Assembly (NCBI RefSeq): GCF_000143415.4
Contig: NW_003314297.1
Location: 1,217,430-1,281,429, forward strand
DNA: 64,000 bases
Origin: Selaginella moellendorffii
Taxonomy: Eukaryota; Plantae; Lycopodiophyta
Direction of reading: 5' to 3'
Position 1 is the stretch's first letter, and each line of letters starts with the position of its first letter. This document shows, piece after piece, positions 48,560 through 61,571 of this stretch. The position numbers and the translations under genes were made by a program. The notes under the pieces are model-generated. The model searched no databases, was not told the origin of the DNA, and saw nothing but the letters and a program-made list of their open reading frames with translations.

Positions 48560-48950
48560 ACTTTAAAACTTTTCACAATTAATTCAACACTTTATAAACA
48601 TTATGGATATGTTCCTTCCACATCTCCTTCAAGTGGATCAAGACATCATCGATGAAATTAATAGTCATTTTTAATATATTGTAAAGAACCTTATCCATCA
48701 TCCACTGAAAAATTGTTGAATCATTGTTCAATCCAAATGATATCATCAAGAACTTATACAAACTAAATGGTGTATGAAAAGCAATTTTGGAAATTTTTTC
48801 ATTAGCCATTAGCACTCGCTAATATTCAAAAGCAAAATTTAATTTAATGAATTAACAACTTCTCCCTATATGATCTAGCACATTAGCAATGTGAGGAAAA
48901 TAGTACATACTTAGGATAATCACCTCATTTAATAAATGATACCCATCAGA
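48560..48950 (-). pseudogene. Highly decayed Ty3/gypsy reverse transcriptase fragment
   Basis: KIAFHTPFSLYKFLMISFGLNN...FQWMMDKVL...FIDDVLIH. Confidence 0.8.
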
Positions 48951-50149
48951 TTTTGTTACAAGATAAGTTTCACATACTCAAAGACTCCAAAACTTATGCA
49001 AAATCATCAAGTGCCAATTAATTCCTACAATTAGCCAAGAATCTTTATGACCCCTATTATAAAGTGATCTAGCTAAATAAAGAAGTCAAGAAGAGCAAGA
49101 TGACTATTGTTCAAGATTAATGCATAATGGTTTTGGATATTCTAATAGTATAATATAAGTTAATGTTGACACGGAAAAAGAGGACATTTCATTAGGGGCA
49201 TTTTAAAGCAATATAGAAGAACTAATGCCATGGATGAGCTAAAAAAAGACCATACCAAATAAGTATTTTAGTGTCCACTAAGTCAAAAATTAGTTTATCA
49301 TAACATATTTGGCCCAATTATATTTCATATGCAAACAATCCCCACACCTTAAATGCAACTTTCTCGGAATTTAAAGAAGAATTGAGTATTGCAACTTAAT
49401 CCTTTTATTTACAAATCTAAGTTAAATGGTTTAATGCTTCACTACTATCCATCCTACGACTCACCACATATAAGACCACTATAACCAAATATACATTAAA
49501 ATATGAATTTTTGATTGCATGTTATGAGAATAAGCAATGAGATCATACCTTGTTGTAAATTATCTTTTCAAGAAGAGAAAGTGCTTTATGTATTTGATTC
49601 TTTATTCCTGATAACATGTTTTTTAGTCTCAACATGACTAAACCTCAAACTTGTATTCACACTGCTTTCAATTTAATCCAAGAAAAGTTTATAAGAGAGC
49701 ACAACAATGACTATTTAAACCAATAAACTAATCCTTATAGTCTTAATTGATCCACTCATAATCATGCATAGGAAGGATCCACTAATGCCGTGTTAAATAG
49801 CTATAGACTAGTCTATTTTCCACTCATAGCAAACCCAAAGGAGATTTACTTTTACCCATGGTATATAGTAACAATATATGATAACCACCAATAAGCTAAC
49901 ATTAATTTTGTCAACTCAAAATATAACTTTAAGTTGTTAATGTGTCTCACTCACAAGCTTAACATAAACTTATGTAAATATTACATCTTAAATCCATTCT
50001 ATAAGCCCAAGTAAAAGCTATAATATAGTATGAAAAGGTAACTAAATTCTATACCTAAAGGATGCATATGAAGCCATAACAACTAAATATGTACCCTTTT
50101 GAATTATCATTTCAATACTACATATGTTGAACCAACACTATTATGTTCA

Positions 50150-50530
50150 AGATAATCTTTACATTCCGTAAATATGCCAAATTAGCAAATCTAGACATTT
50201 TCCATAAATAACAATTAAAACCAAATAAAACTAACACAAAAGGTATGATTGAGGGTGTTTGGTAAACATGATAAACTATCATTTGGCAATATTAAACTAA
50301 TCTCAATACATGGGGGGTTTTTTGTCATTAGTCAGTGCAAGATACAACAAAATGAGAACTCCTTACCAAGCTAAATATGCTTAGTTAATAGCACGTAGGA
50401 ATTCCATCCTTATACTTGTTTAGTTTAAATACACTCAAAATGGTCAATTAACTCTATTAACATAAAAGGGATTGATAAAGGATCCAACAATATTAACCTT
50501 CTACCGTCGTGGTAATAAAGAAAGAATAGT
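50150..50530 (-). mobile_element. Old LTR fragment of the chromovirus family
   Basis: gataatctttacattccgtaaatatgccaaa...gagggtgtttggtaaaca matches the reverse complement of ~22390-22770 and matches 15125-15400. Confidence 0.7.
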
Positions 50531-51093
50531 TAACATGTAACTTTCAATACTCACAACCACCATTCAAAAAAAATCCATGAATAACCAATAACCATGGTTT
50601 TATGTTCAAGAGGAACCATTATTGAATAAATAGGCTTTTCTTTAAAACCTTCAATACAACCTTCAACCAAAGCAGGAAAGGAGAAAATGATTATCTAAGC
50701 CCCAAGCAATGTGTGTATACCCCTTGGCTAAACTCTTTTACTTGCTCTAACTCAAACTTGACATCTAATTTGCAATTTCAAGATGTGAATATATAATTGA
50801 TTGTATTACCCTGTATTGTGCAAGCTGGCAAGGATTTGGGTTGTGAGGATATTATGAAGTGTTTTGTAGTTTAAAAAGTATTTGCTACAAGCTTAATACT
50901 TTGCTATACAAAAGAATAAGTGTGTGGATTTAGATGTTATCCTAGAATCCAACAAGAGATTATTGATGATATGTGGATCAAAAACTTATGCTTACGTAGA
51001 TTTATAAAGGGTGGCTTTCCTGCTTTATTAGTTTATTACAATCAGAGTAAAACAAGAAAGGAGAATATATTCGTTTTAGGGTTTAAGCCAACG

Positions 51094-53669
51094 ATGGCGC
51101 CGCGCCGGCAGTACCAGGCGAGGAACTCGCCGGCGATGGAGTGGAAGGCGAGGGATCCGGCGACGGATTCTGGCAGGTATTGGAAGTCGGGGTTGGTGTT
51201 TGTAGCGTATTTGCCGCAGGATGAGGCGAATCCCTCGCAAGCGCTAGAGATTATCGATTTTCTCAACGCAGAGCTCAGCCGGCTCTTGAGAATGAAGGCG
51301 CGGGAGTTTTGGGAAGAAGGTATGGATTTTTTGCTGCATTTTGTGACTGACGCTTTGTTGTTTTTTATTTCCTTGCTTTAGTTACTGCGAATGAGTCTTT
51401 GCATGAGTTTCTAGAAAGCTACTTGCTTTATCGAAGGCGATGGTACGATCTTCACCCGACTGGCGGAGTGGTGCCTGGAGAAGACGATCTGAGCCGACGA
51501 GTTTTTATGGTGCTTCTCCGGATGTAAGCTCAAATGTCATCTTCTTCTTTCACTCTCGATTGGATCAACCAGGTGCTCTGACGAAGATCCTGGTTTGTCC
51601 AGGATTAGTGCAGGTATGTATGTGCTTTCTTCTGCCTTTGGTCGATACAAGCGTTTGTAGTTTTTGATAGCTAAGTTTCGTGTGGAGGACAAGTTTAATG
51701 TGGCAAAGCTCTTGAATGTTTGCGCGATCTACGGACACGACAATCCGGAGTTGACGCGCAGATTGGTACTGTAAATCTGGACTCTGAGTTTCACATTGTG
51801 TGTTCTGAAAGTGAATTTTGTTTGAAGGTTAGTACCGTATTCAAGTTCCAGCCTTCCTATTTGCAGACCCTTTCTGACGTTGCTCGTCAAGTCCTTGCTA
51901 CGATCGATGGAGTTAATAAGCGCACTCTCGAGGTATGTTGTGCATGCTTGATGTGATTGGCTGACTCGTATTCTCTAGAGCATTGGACATTCAACCAACA
52001 AAACCAACTCAGAATTCAAGGACGAGCTTATGGAGGTTTGAGTGGTTTGCCATTGGTCCTCTTTTGTCCACTCACACTGATTGTAACAGGCTGTGGTCTT
52101 ATTGCACGATACAGTGATGACACTAAACGCTTTTGTTGAGATTTATTCTCCTGCAGCGGGTTTTTTCTTGTCGGCAGAGCCTGCGTAAGCCGAGGTTTCA
52201 CTCTTTCTGTTTGCTAATAGTTATTTTTATGTGCAGTAGAGACAAGAGTCTAATGTTCTCTTTATCGTGTGTCTACAACTCGCTGCTGCCGTCAGTAAGG
52301 AAACAATCTATTGGAGAAGAGCTTTCTCGATATCTGGACACACTCCAACGGGAGCTTGTGCATTTTGCCTGGAGCCTTCTTTTCAATTCCTTCTTTGGAG
52401 ATACAACGACTCGGATGGATTCCAAAGCCAATGGAGAGGTCTTTGTGGACGCGCTGATTGGTCTTTCATTCGGCGGCGACGGAGCTAGTTTAATACATTC
52501 CCTATCCAACATGTTTGACTTGTCTGGGAACGTTCACAGGCTTCTTCAAGAAGGTACGTGCTTAGTTTATGCATTGTCTTTCCTGACCCGTTGCTTCTCT
52601 TTCTTATCAAGGCTCAATTGTTCTCGATGATGGCCAATATGCCCAGTTACTTGCTTTGCTACCTGATATGCCTTCGACAAATTTTGTTGAAGACAGAAAG
52701 CCACCAGTCAGTGTTTCTCACGAAAAGGATGAAGAGGACGCTATTCGTCAGTCACATATCAGTCAGATCAAAGACTTGCTCCCTGACTACGATGACGTGT
52801 TCCTTTCAGCATGCCTTGAGGTATACGACAACAATCCCGAGATCGTTATTCAGCATATTTTGGAAGGCACTATTCACCCCGACCTGACCTCCACACCGAA
52901 AAAAGGTAAAGGGAAGCTCGTCGACTCAAAGAAAGAAGATAGAAGCAACGTCGATGCGAAAGGGAAAGGGAAAGCTGTCGAAAACCAAGCAAGCAAAGCA
53001 CACGGGCGGTTCGTAAGAAAGAGCCAAAACAGGGACGACGATGCAGCCACCATTCTTGACGAACGAGATGCCGGCACGTCCAGTCAGACGGCAAAGCTAG
53101 CAATGCAGCTGATGTATGAAGACGAGTATGACGATTCTTTTGACGACCTTGATACGAACGTGGCGGAGGCGGGTCTCGAGACAGACAGCCTGGTGAATCT
53201 GTTTTCCCGCACAAAACTTTCTTCAGACTCTTTGGAGGACGGACAAAAAGCCAAGTCTTTCTCTGCGAGCCAGAAACAAGAACCGTCTGGAAGACCGCAA
53301 CGAAAGCAGGAAGCGTCACGATTCTTTGTCAAAGACGGGAAGCACTACAACTACAAAGTCGCTGGCGCCGTGGCAGTCTCGAGTCTGGAAGAAGCGGAGG
53401 CCTTGAAAAAGCAGGAGGAGGGACTCATCTACGGGCTTGGTCGGGGTGGTAACGTTCCCGCAAATTCTGATGGTGAAGATGACAAGGAAGAAGATGACGG
53501 AGGAGAAGATGACAAGGAGACAGCGAAGGGTACCTCTGTTGCAACGCAACATCGTGCTCACGACGAAAGGGGAAAGCCACCATACAGGCCGCAGTTTGCG
53601 ACAAAAAAGAACCACAACAAAAAGGACTTGTCCTTGAAGAAGCACATGTCTGGACTGAGAGGGAGTTAA
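51094..53669 (+). CDS. ASCC2: CUE-domain protein, activating signal cointegrator 1 complex subunit 2-like
   Basis: FVAYLPQDE, CUE domain ISQIKDLLPDY...QHILEG, YEDEYDDSFDD, FVKDGKHYNYKV, IYGLGRGGN. Confidence 0.88.
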
Positions 53670-53920
53670 GGTATCGTCTCATTTTCAAGTCAACTGTTTC
53701 GATTATCTTCGATCTTCTCCAGCTCGAAAAACGTAAGATGATTCTGTTCTCTTTCAAATTGAATGGTTGGTGACCGTTGTGTTTGTTGTGCAGGCTTCTA
53801 TGAAATGTAACTTTTTGTCTAGAATAAAGCTGCTAATAGAAGGTGCCAAGCTCAAACTCACAGAAGGCTCATTCTTTTTATAGGATTACCTGAACTGCAG
53901 AGTTTTCTTGGGAACTTGCG

Positions 53921-55093
53921 ATGGCTGCCTCCAGCAAGCCTCGAGTTCTCATCATCGGGTGCACTGGCTACATCGGGAGGTTCATTACAAACGCCAGCAT
54001 TCGTCTCGGCTATCCGACTTATCTGCTTGTCCGCCCAGAGGTTGCAAGTGATGTGTACAAGGCTGCCATGGTAATTGGCTTCAAGAGCGCCGGAGCAACA
54101 CTCGTCGAGGCAAGTCGATTCTCATATCTCCCTTTTGTATTTTGAAAGCGTTTTGTTTTCTCCAGGGATCTGTGACTGACGAAAAGAAGCTCGTGGAGGC
54201 TTTAAAGCTGGTCGATATTGTCATTTGCAGCATAGCAGAAAAGAATTTGAATGACCAAGTGAAGCTCATTCAAGCTATCAAGCAAGTTGGGACAATCAAG
54301 GTGACAATTTCTCCAGCCGTTTTACTTTTTCTTCCCGATTTTACCGCGACTTGTTGCAGAGGTTCTTACCTTCGGAGTTTGGAATGGATCCCGGGCTCAT
54401 GGATCACGCAATCGCTCCGGGGAACAAAGTTTTCATGGACAAGATGAAAATTCGGAGGGCCATCGAAGCGGCACAAATCCCACACACGTACGTCTCCGCG
54501 AATTGCTTCGCTGGTTACTTCCTCTCTGGCATCGCACAGTTCGGCCGCTTCTTTCCTCCTCGAGACACAGCAGTCGTCTACGGTGAGGGAAATGCGAAAG
54601 GTACTACACACCACATGAGACGCGACGTAGATTTTTCTCCTTGTTTTCTTCCTCAGTGATTTGGGTGGACGAGAACGACGTCGGGACTTTTGTGCTCAAA
54701 GCCGCCGAGGATCCGCGGACTCTAAACACGTCTGTGTACATCCGGCCACCGAAGAACATACTCTCCTTGAACGAAGTCCTCCAGCTGTGGGAGAAGAAGA
54801 TCGGCAAAACGCTCGAGAAGCAAACCTTGCTTGAAGAGGAGTTCATGAGCATGATAAGCAACGGTAAGAGAGAAGCAATTCCAATACAAAATTCTTCTTT
54901 CATTTCCTCAACGCTGTGTATACATGCAGAGAAGGCTTCTTTGCCGGAGAGAGCGGCCCTTGCACACTTCTATCAGATATTTTACCGAGGGGACCTGATG
55001 TTTGAGATAGGCCCGGACGGGCGAGACACGGGAGAGCTCTATCCCGACGTAAGCTACACGACTGTGGACGCCTACCTTGATCGTTACTTGTGA
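53921..55093 (+). CDS. Pinoresinol-lariciresinol reductase-like (PIP/NmrA family)
   Basis: GCTGYIG, RFLPSEFGMDP, KMKIRRAIE, YVSANCFAGYF, LYPDVSYTTVDAYL. Confidence 0.9.
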
Positions 55094-55139
55094 ACGTACA
55101 TGCTTTAGAATACTTCCTTGGTTGACTTATTTGTAGCGC

Positions 55140-56080
55140 CTACTTTTTCAGCTCCAGCAACTCTACGCTCATGTCAAATGTAGCTTTTGGCTGCAAAGAA
55201 AGTCAGTGTCTTCTAGAGATCTCGAGAAAAGCTTACAGGAATTTCGTTCATCCCTCTATCTCCATAGCCGACATCAGGGGTGACGATCACAGTTCTCTGC
55301 CAGTGAGGCGAAGATGAGCAAAGAAAAATAAACAAATTTTCTCCACCTTGCCTCCGACACGCATGCCTTCGACGACTGTGTAGAGCGCGGGAGGCGGCTT
55401 TGGCGAGGCCTGGGCCGAGAAGAGGCCATTGGCATTGTCTACAAACTCTCGCTTTCGTTCTCTGCCGGGAACAGATCCTACGATAAGCTCGTAAGGCTGG
55501 AAAGAGAAAAACGAAAGGTTAAAAGACCAGCTTTTTTTCTGTTCGATCTTGGTTCACCTGAGCTATAATTCGATTCCCACCCAGGAGTTTTGCTTCTCGA
55601 CTAGAGACGGCGTCTATTCCACGGTACAAGCAATCAAAGTGAACCTGCCAAGTCTTATCTTTGATCCCCGGTAATCTATCAAGCTTGAGAACGTACTACT
55701 ACAGTCTCGCCTTTGACAGCAACAGGACCGTTGCCTTCGAGAACGTCGTAATACTTTAGACCGTCAGCTGTGCGGTCGAAGTTCGCTCTCTAGCATAAGC
55801 AGAAGGAAAGAAGGAACAATGGGTGCCTACCAGCGGTTTTGTAGTCTTCGATGGGAATCACCTTTTTGTTCCTTCCCCGAGCAAACGCTACCTCAATCCT
55901 CGGTGCCAGAGTCGCGATGCAAATCGCAATGCTGATTCTCCGCCTGCAAAACGATAGCGAGCTCTTATCTCCAGCTGCTGACCTTACTGCTGGCGATTTT
56001 TGTGCGGAGAAATGCTGCTGGCTGCGTTGCCCAAGTGCCCATTCCAGGACAGCCGCCATTTGTAGAGGAGCTCGGGACAT
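55140..56080 (-). CDS. FKBP18: Chloroplast FKBP-type peptidyl-prolyl isomerase (FKBP18-like)
   Basis: Twin-Arg-like signal, DGLKYYDV, VHFDCLYRGI, NANGLFSAQASPKPPPALY, GMRVGGK. Start could be 56059. Confidence 0.85.
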
Positions 56081-56685
56081 AGCCAGACTCGAAGAAATTC
56101 CCTGTTTGGTGCAATTTAAATTAAAATTGTTTCATTGGCACGGAGCAGGCACGTACATGCTTTGCATTATCAAGGCCCTGCTAAAAGATCCTAATGCCAT
56201 GACCAGATCTACAGTTTTTCTCCTCCTCCAGTCGACAATTCTTTAGTGAACTCGACAATAGCACAGTTTCTCCTCCACCGAGTGAAGGACTACACGCCGG
56301 AGACAGGTGAGGCAGTCCTAGAATTCTCTTGTCGTATGAAAAACTCTTTCTCTAAACTGACTTTTTGCCTTTCGAGAGTAGCATGATATTGCATTTTCAT
56401 GGTGAAGCCACAATAAAGAGAATCAAGCTTTGCTCTTTCAAGATCATGATCATCTTCTTCCTCCAGTTGTAAAAAGCTTGCAAGAAGTTAAAAACACAAA
56501 TGGATACTTGAAATGCAGAAAACAGGGACAGAACATAAGAAAACAGTCGAATGAAAGTAGCTTCCATTTGCGTTCACGTTGTGAGTGAGGGATGCAAAAC
56601 AAAAAAGAAAAAAGAAAAGAAAAAATCAGAAAGAAAATACAAGAAACGCCGCTCCTTTCTCTCCTTTTACCAATGAAGAAAAAGT

Positions 56686-59600
56686 CTAGACACGTTGGAA
56701 GACGTAGAGGTAGCCCATGTCCTTGGGAGGATCACCCGAGAGCGCCACTTTTCCGTCGTTGAAAATCACCCATCGCCCTTCCTTCAGAATATGGGCAACG
56801 TAGTGGCCACACAGTGTTGAAGATCCCATATGGCTCACAAAGCCCATTAGCTTGTACTCTGCCAAATCCACCATGACATAAGCTAGAGCCAGGAATACCA
56901 TACCACAAAAACTTACTTCCAGAGCCATCCGGTAAGTCGTGTGGAACCGAGGATGAGGGAGTGCTCGAACCTCCTACATCGAGCTCCATCGCATTGGCAT
57001 CGTCAGAATTACTGAAGATCCACTCTGCTGCATCCTCCGTGCGACCGCCCTGCTTTCACAGATATTGTTTCATTACTATCCTGGACTGAGGAAGAGAAAC
57101 GGACGTTACCGTCGCTCTGAGAGCTTTCCGAGCAAGATCGGCAGAAAAGCCCAACGCAACCAGGGACTGCACAGCGTTCTCGTCCACGTTGGCGTTGGAT
57201 GAGCTGTGGCTGTAAGGCACGTCGATATCTGCCAGTAAAAGCAGTAAAATCACCAGAATTGTATTTCAAGTTTAATTACCAGGATCGTCCATGTGAGACA
57301 ACAGCCACTCCATTGCCGGTTCTGCTCCGTGGTTGGACGTAAAAATCGCGGCCTTCTCGCAGCGAACGCGAGGAAAGCCCATGTCCATCAGTTGCGAGAC
57401 TATAGCCTCGTCAGCTACAGGTCCCTCGGCTTCATCATCTGTACAAGATAATTAGAAAATAGAGCCAAAGTTAAGAGCTTCGAAAACCTGCTTCAGGAAG
57501 CAACTCCTCGCCGGGTTGGAGTCCCTTGCCACGCATATGACTGATATCGATGGTGTCCGGAACGTCCAGGAAGACATCTTCAGAACGAAAAGAAGAATAA
57601 AAAGGATTGGAAAAAAGTTAAATAGAAATATACCAAGTTTTTTAGGAACCCATGAAGCATCCAACTGGAATTTACGCATGTGAAGAAGAAGGTATGTTGG
57701 AAACGTCGCCAAACTTGTCATTCTGCAAAACGGACAGCATCTGAACAACAAACTATGTCTATTTGCGTTCCTTACTTGAGAGCTGTAGTTCTTGCGTTTA
57801 CGGCAGTACTGTAGAACTCCACCTCGTCAGGGGCAGCAAATCTATCCAAGCATGCTGACAAGGGAATTCTTGGTCGTACAACCTCTCTGAAAATTTATGT
57901 GAGAGAGGAATCGGCACGAAACAGAAAAATATCTTACATTTTTTCTCCAGAATTCCCACCCTCCGACGTGATCTTTTCATATGCTGCAACCTCATCTGCA
58001 AAATAAATTTAGCTCTCGATTAAAAGCAAACAGAATAAACGAAACCTCTGTTAGTTGCAGCATCCAAAGGAAGTGTAAGCGACAATGCATTGTCCACGCG
58101 TTTTGTATACTTCACCTTCCCCGAGGAACAGCAAACAATTCGCTCCTCAACCAGAAACTTGAAACAACGGGACGGGTCTTCGTTTGGGTTTGCAACATTT
58201 CCACGCTCAACTTGCTCCAAAAAATATTGGAAGAATTCAAATGCATCCTGCACTTGCCGTATTAAATCCTCAAAAACTCATATATGTAAATCAATGTACC
58301 TGCTGTCTAGAACTCGCAAACTCAGGGTGACCAGCGCCAATTAATGATTTGAACATTCGTGGCGGTATCCCCTTCTGAAACTGAACATCTAAATAGTGAG
58401 GAAAACAAGCAGTACAACAAAAAGACAAACCTGGTTAGCCACCTCCTTATCAGTGCCCTGAACCTGTGCGCAAAGAGTTACAAATTTTTATGAGGACGAA
58501 TGGCCAATACCTCGGGTTGTTCTGAATATTTGCCAGATAGCAAACCATGGCCTAGTTTGGACCTTTCAGAAGAACATTCTTAGTTTATTGCGCAAAGCTT
58601 CCTTTACTTACAGCTGCGTGTTCAAATCCTGAGTTGGATCTGCGGGAGCTAGCTGGAACGCGTCGTCCAGCTTGAGATTACCGTAGTATCTAAATCCAAA
58701 ATCTTTAGCTAAACTAAATGCGAAAAAGACTTACCGCAGCTGAAAATCCCGAGTTGCAAAGATGATCTGTAAAACTGATGCCAAGTAGCAGCTGCCACTG
58801 GGATCAGCGAGGACACACAAACAAACGTCAAAGTTCCATACCTGTTTCCTAAGTTCACAAGCCCCGTGAACCCTGGCCCAAATAACGGCTCTAGCTCCTT
58901 TCCCTTCTCTTGAATGCGATTCCAATCGAAATTTACGTTTTGATCCAACTCTCTTTCAGCCGTAGTCATTTCCGTCTGGTAGTAGCATGAAAAGAACTTA
59001 GCCAAAGAAGAAAAAGAACGGTAGACATAAAGACCTTCTTTAGTGCTGCAAAGTTTATGCCGAAGTGTGCCAAGTGTTGTGCAAGCAAGGGATCGGTCAC
59101 AGTATCGTCCTCGGCATATGAGAAAACGTCTACGTTGCAAAGACAAAAGGTCAGCCTGAAAAAGAAAAAAGAAAAAGAAAGAGGACGGACTTAATTTTTA
59201 CCTGCAGTTTCCAAGTCTGCTGTTATGGTACCAAGCTTCACGGCTAGAGGATACTTCACATTGGCATAATGCTCCAAGGCGTGGTTGTTGCCTCCCGTGC
59301 CATCAAAGTTCCGTCGCCCGCAGAGAATGGATCCGTCAGTGAGGTTGAGCCAAAGATTCTCTTGCTTATCACATCTCTGGCACTTCCATCCGCTTGGAGG
59401 AACGCGTACACCGTTGTTTAGCTGCTGCAAGCTCTGTGCGTAGATGCTCAGTTGCTTCTTATCAGCAGTCCAAGCAGAGACTTGCTCCTTCCGCTCGGCA
59501 CCCACAGATTGGACGACGGCGTCCACGCACAATCTGACCTGACAAACCAAAAGTTCTCAAGCAGCCAAACCAAGAACTTTAAGTTCGCATGCACACCTTC

Positions 59601-60076
59601 TCTGGAAGCTCGGCACTGGATAGCGGTAGAGTTTGGTAATCCGGAAGTATCACGATGCTCAAAGTCTCGTCATACTCCGGCTCCTTAGTTTCAAAGCCAC
59701 CCTCGACTCCTGATAGCAAAAGTAGAAGCACAGTAAGAGAAGAAAAACCGAAAGGATCTTCATACCTATCGCGAGAAGCGTGGGTTTCTTGTGAGGGCGA
59801 TCATCCTCCTCGTCGGATTCTTTCAGCGTGTGCTTGATATGGAGATAGACCGAACTCCCGGTTTTCTTGAAATTCCACATTGCTTGCTCGCGACCGAACG
59901 CCAGAAACGATGTGAGATCCACGAACAGGCCTCCATCGGATTTCTGGAGAAAGAGCTTATAATCCAGGCTACGAGCAGCCGGCGATGATTCTTACCGGCG
60001 TGTCGAACGTGAGGCAGCACTCCTCCTTGTAGATCCGCGTCGAGGCCTGCGGCATCCCAACGTTGGAGAGCGCCAT
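56686..60076 (-). CDS. UBP14: Ubiquitin-specific protease 14 (USP5 / isopeptidase T-like)
   Basis: ZnF-UBP LWLNLTDGSILCGR, Cys box GLVNLGNSCY, QQDA, two UBA domains, His box GHYVAH. Confidence 0.95.
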
Positions 60077-60207
60077 GGATGAAAAGCCCTAAAATCCTGG
60101 AAGAGTCAAGAACCCTAAATTAGAGTAGCGCGGACGACGCGATCGAGTGGATCTCTTCCTAAATGCGCGATCAATCGATCGATCGGCCGGAGCTGCGGAT
60201 CTAGAAA

Positions 60208-61546
60208 ATGCAAAGCGCGCAGGATGGAGGTGGGATTCGATTGTCGCCGTGGATCCGGGAGAGCGCGACGATGTTTGCGCTCGCGGGATCCAGCAATATG
60301 TGTGGATCGGCAGTGACGAATCCTGTCAACGTTGTCAAGGTGCGAATGCAGCTGGATGGAGCGTTGTCCGCGACTCGGGTAAGAAGATTTCGCTTAGAAT
60401 TTTCTAGTAGAAGAGATTAAAACGCTAGAACTAGTGATAACTTACGTTGTGTTCTTCCGCTAGGAAAGACACTACCAGGGACTCCTGAAAGGAATCGTGC
60501 GTGTGTCCAAGGAAGAAGGCATCTCGGGGCTATGGCGAGGCACTGGAGCGGCTCTTTTGAGAGAAGCCTCGTATTCCAGCATTCGAATGGGACTCTATGA
60601 GCCACTCAAGAGGGTAATCTCTTTCTTCTTCGGTTTTTCTTTCTAAAGTTCCGTTGTTACGTTTCCTCTCCCAACTCTTCCTCACTTTATTTTTTTCTTT
60701 CTCACTCCCCACTTTTTTGGTGTGTTTTTTCTTTTCTTTGTAATACTACTAGATGCTTGGAGCTGATAATCCATCACACACGCCTTTGTGGATAAAAATC
60801 ACTGCCGGATCTCTTGCAGGTGTAATTGGTAGCGCTGTCGCAAATCCTACCGATGTTGTTATGGTTCGTATGCAAGCTCCGACTTCATCTCAAGGTACTA
60901 ATATAAGAACACGAAACGTTTCTCTACTAGAGCTCAAACTTATATGTAATAGTTTTAGAGCTCAAACTTATAAACTTTGCTATCGTTTCAGGTGGATGGC
61001 ACTACAAAGGCCCTCTCCATGCCTTTTCATCGATTGCCAGGACCGAAGGCATCCAAGGACTGTACAGAGGCGTGGTTCCGACAATGCAACGAGCCGCGAT
61101 CTTAAACGCCGTCCAAGTCCCGGCTTACGATCACACCAAGCACACGCTGCTCAACGCAGGCATTGTCCGGGAAGGTATAGTCTGCCATTTGATCTCGTCA
61201 ATGGTGGCGGGACTAGCAACAGCCATAGCCATCTCTCCAGTCGATCTCATAAGAACAAGGTGGAGTTTTTCTTTCTTTATTTCCTCGTTTTAAGTTTCTA
61301 TCAATCTAAGGGCTAAGAGATTACTTACTTTGTGACAGGATCATGCAGCAGGCTGTGGATTCGAAGGGCGACGGCGTGTTCTACTCGTCCTCTTTGGATT
61401 GCTTGTGGAAGACTGTGAAAGTGGAAGGCTTTCGCGGGCTATACAAAGGCTTCGTTCCGGTGTGGATGCGAATAGGACCCCACACCGTTATCACCTTCTT
61501 TTGCTTTGAGCAATTGAGAAGAGTTCTTGGAATCAAACCATTGTGA
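60208..61546 (+). CDS. Mitochondrial carrier (SLC25; UCP/ucpB-like)
   Basis: Three Px[DE]xx[KR]xR-type repeats; EGISGLWRG, EGIQGLYRG, EGFRGLYKGF...RIGPHT. Confidence 0.92.
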
Positions 61547-61571
61547 ATTGATCAAAGGTATGAAATGCTTT

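Noticed and set aside
23759-55093. Biosynthetic gene cluster (CPT, two SDRs, PLR)
   Set aside because: The genes are dispersed among housekeeping genes, with no coherent pathway or co-expression evidence.
56160-56460. Possible snoRNA or lncRNA between FKBP18 and UBP14
   Set aside because: Only a splice-donor-like site and weak box-like motifs; no convincing C/D or H/ACA architecture.
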